From Takakia lepidozioides (Eukaryota; Plantae; Bryophyta), in the NCBI GenBank assembly GCA_030704615.1, contig CM060731.1:60698001-60762000 (forward strand): a DNA stretch of 64,000 nt. Direction: 5' to 3'. Shown here in pieces: positions 63,221-64,000 of this stretch (position 1 is the stretch's first letter; each line of letters starts with the position of its first letter). The translations under genes were made by a program, and so were the position numbers. Under the pieces are notes generated by a model. That model had not been told where the DNA came from. It was given only the letters and a program-made list of their open reading frames with translations, and searched no databases.

Positions 63221-64000
63221 CAGGGGCCTCTACTAGAGGCTAAGGAGGGAAAAATTGGAACATACCAGTGTTGGACTGGTATACCTGGTTGAACCGAGGT
63301 ATGGAATACAGGTATGAATATATATTTTGAAGAACATACCAGTCGGGTATGAAAGAACCAGTGTACCCATGTGATATACGTATTGGGGGAGTATGTCTTT
63401 AGGATTCCCCCCCACACATACCATACCAGTCTGGGTATACGGAGGCATAGAATGGTCCCCATACCCGTACTGCGTTGAGTTCATGGCAAATGGAGGTAGG
63501 TATAAGTATATGTTAGTGCAGCTAGTTATAACCTGTACTACAATTTTGTTAATTCAAGGCTCCATGTTGCAATTCAGACTTCATTTGCTGTTTCGTGCTA
63601 CTTTGGGTTACCTTTGCCTAGTGTTTCACGGCTTAGATCACAATCAGCTATGTGCTACATGATTATTTCTATGTATGGTGAGCTGTAGAAATACCATACC
63701 AGTGCTCATATCCCCCCAGTATCCCTACAGAGAAAGGACAATACCAGTACCATACTTATATATAGCCCAAAGTATAACTACTCATACCAGATTCATACCC
63801 AAGTTGCTTATACCTATATAGATACCTATACCAGCCTGGTATGAAAAAAGGGGTCCCGTATCCCTACAGAGGAAGGACAATACCAGTACCATACTTATAT
63901 ACAGCCCAAAGTACAACTATTCATACCAGATTCATACCCAAGTTACTCATACCTGTATAGATACCTATACCAGCCTGGTATGAAAAAAGGGGTGGGACCC
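63221..64000. repeat. ATACCAG-motif-rich repeat (probable non-autonomous DNA transposon end) with a 139-bp tandem duplication (63719-63857 / 63858-~63994)
   Basis: Many (C/A)ATACCAG / CTGGTAT motifs in both orientations after CAGGGG at 63221; direct duplication visible; runs off the window. Confidence 0.55.

Overview
Eukaryotic nuclear DNA from a land plant with flagellated sperm, most likely a bryophyte (inferred from IFT56 plus plant-type Gβ, RMA and SnRK1 sequences). Bases 1-33.4 kb are gene-rich, with five host genes: an ASCC3/DExH14 helicase (5'-truncated by the window), G-protein β, RBM48, IFT56/TTC26 and an RMA-type RING E3 ligase. The ASCC3 and IFT56 introns are peppered with 3' ends of two RTEX-like LINE families, and I infer several non-canonical splice donors (3 GC, 1 GA). 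Bases 33.8-58.1 kb are a four-level transposon nest: an LTR retroelement contains a Harbinger-type MITE (TAA TSD), which contains a 14.5-kb Mutator-like element (8-bp TSD), which contains a solo LTR. The most notable signal is inside this nest. The MULE carries, opposite its GCM/DDE/SWIM transposase, an intron-containing gene for a bacterial-type β-class N4C/N6A DNA-methyltransferase-fold protein (catalytic-position motif DIPDG, possible ParB-like N-terminus). A diverged second copy lies at 52.6-54.9 kb. Both copies are accompanied by arrays of CGGCGCCG-centred palindromes spaced at whole helical turns (32/53/64/85/96 bp). This is a candidate transposon-encoded DNA-modification or anti-silencing system; both copies here are pseudogenised. 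The right end holds a truncated SnRK1α pseudogene and small repeats. All coordinates were read by eye and are unverified by computation.
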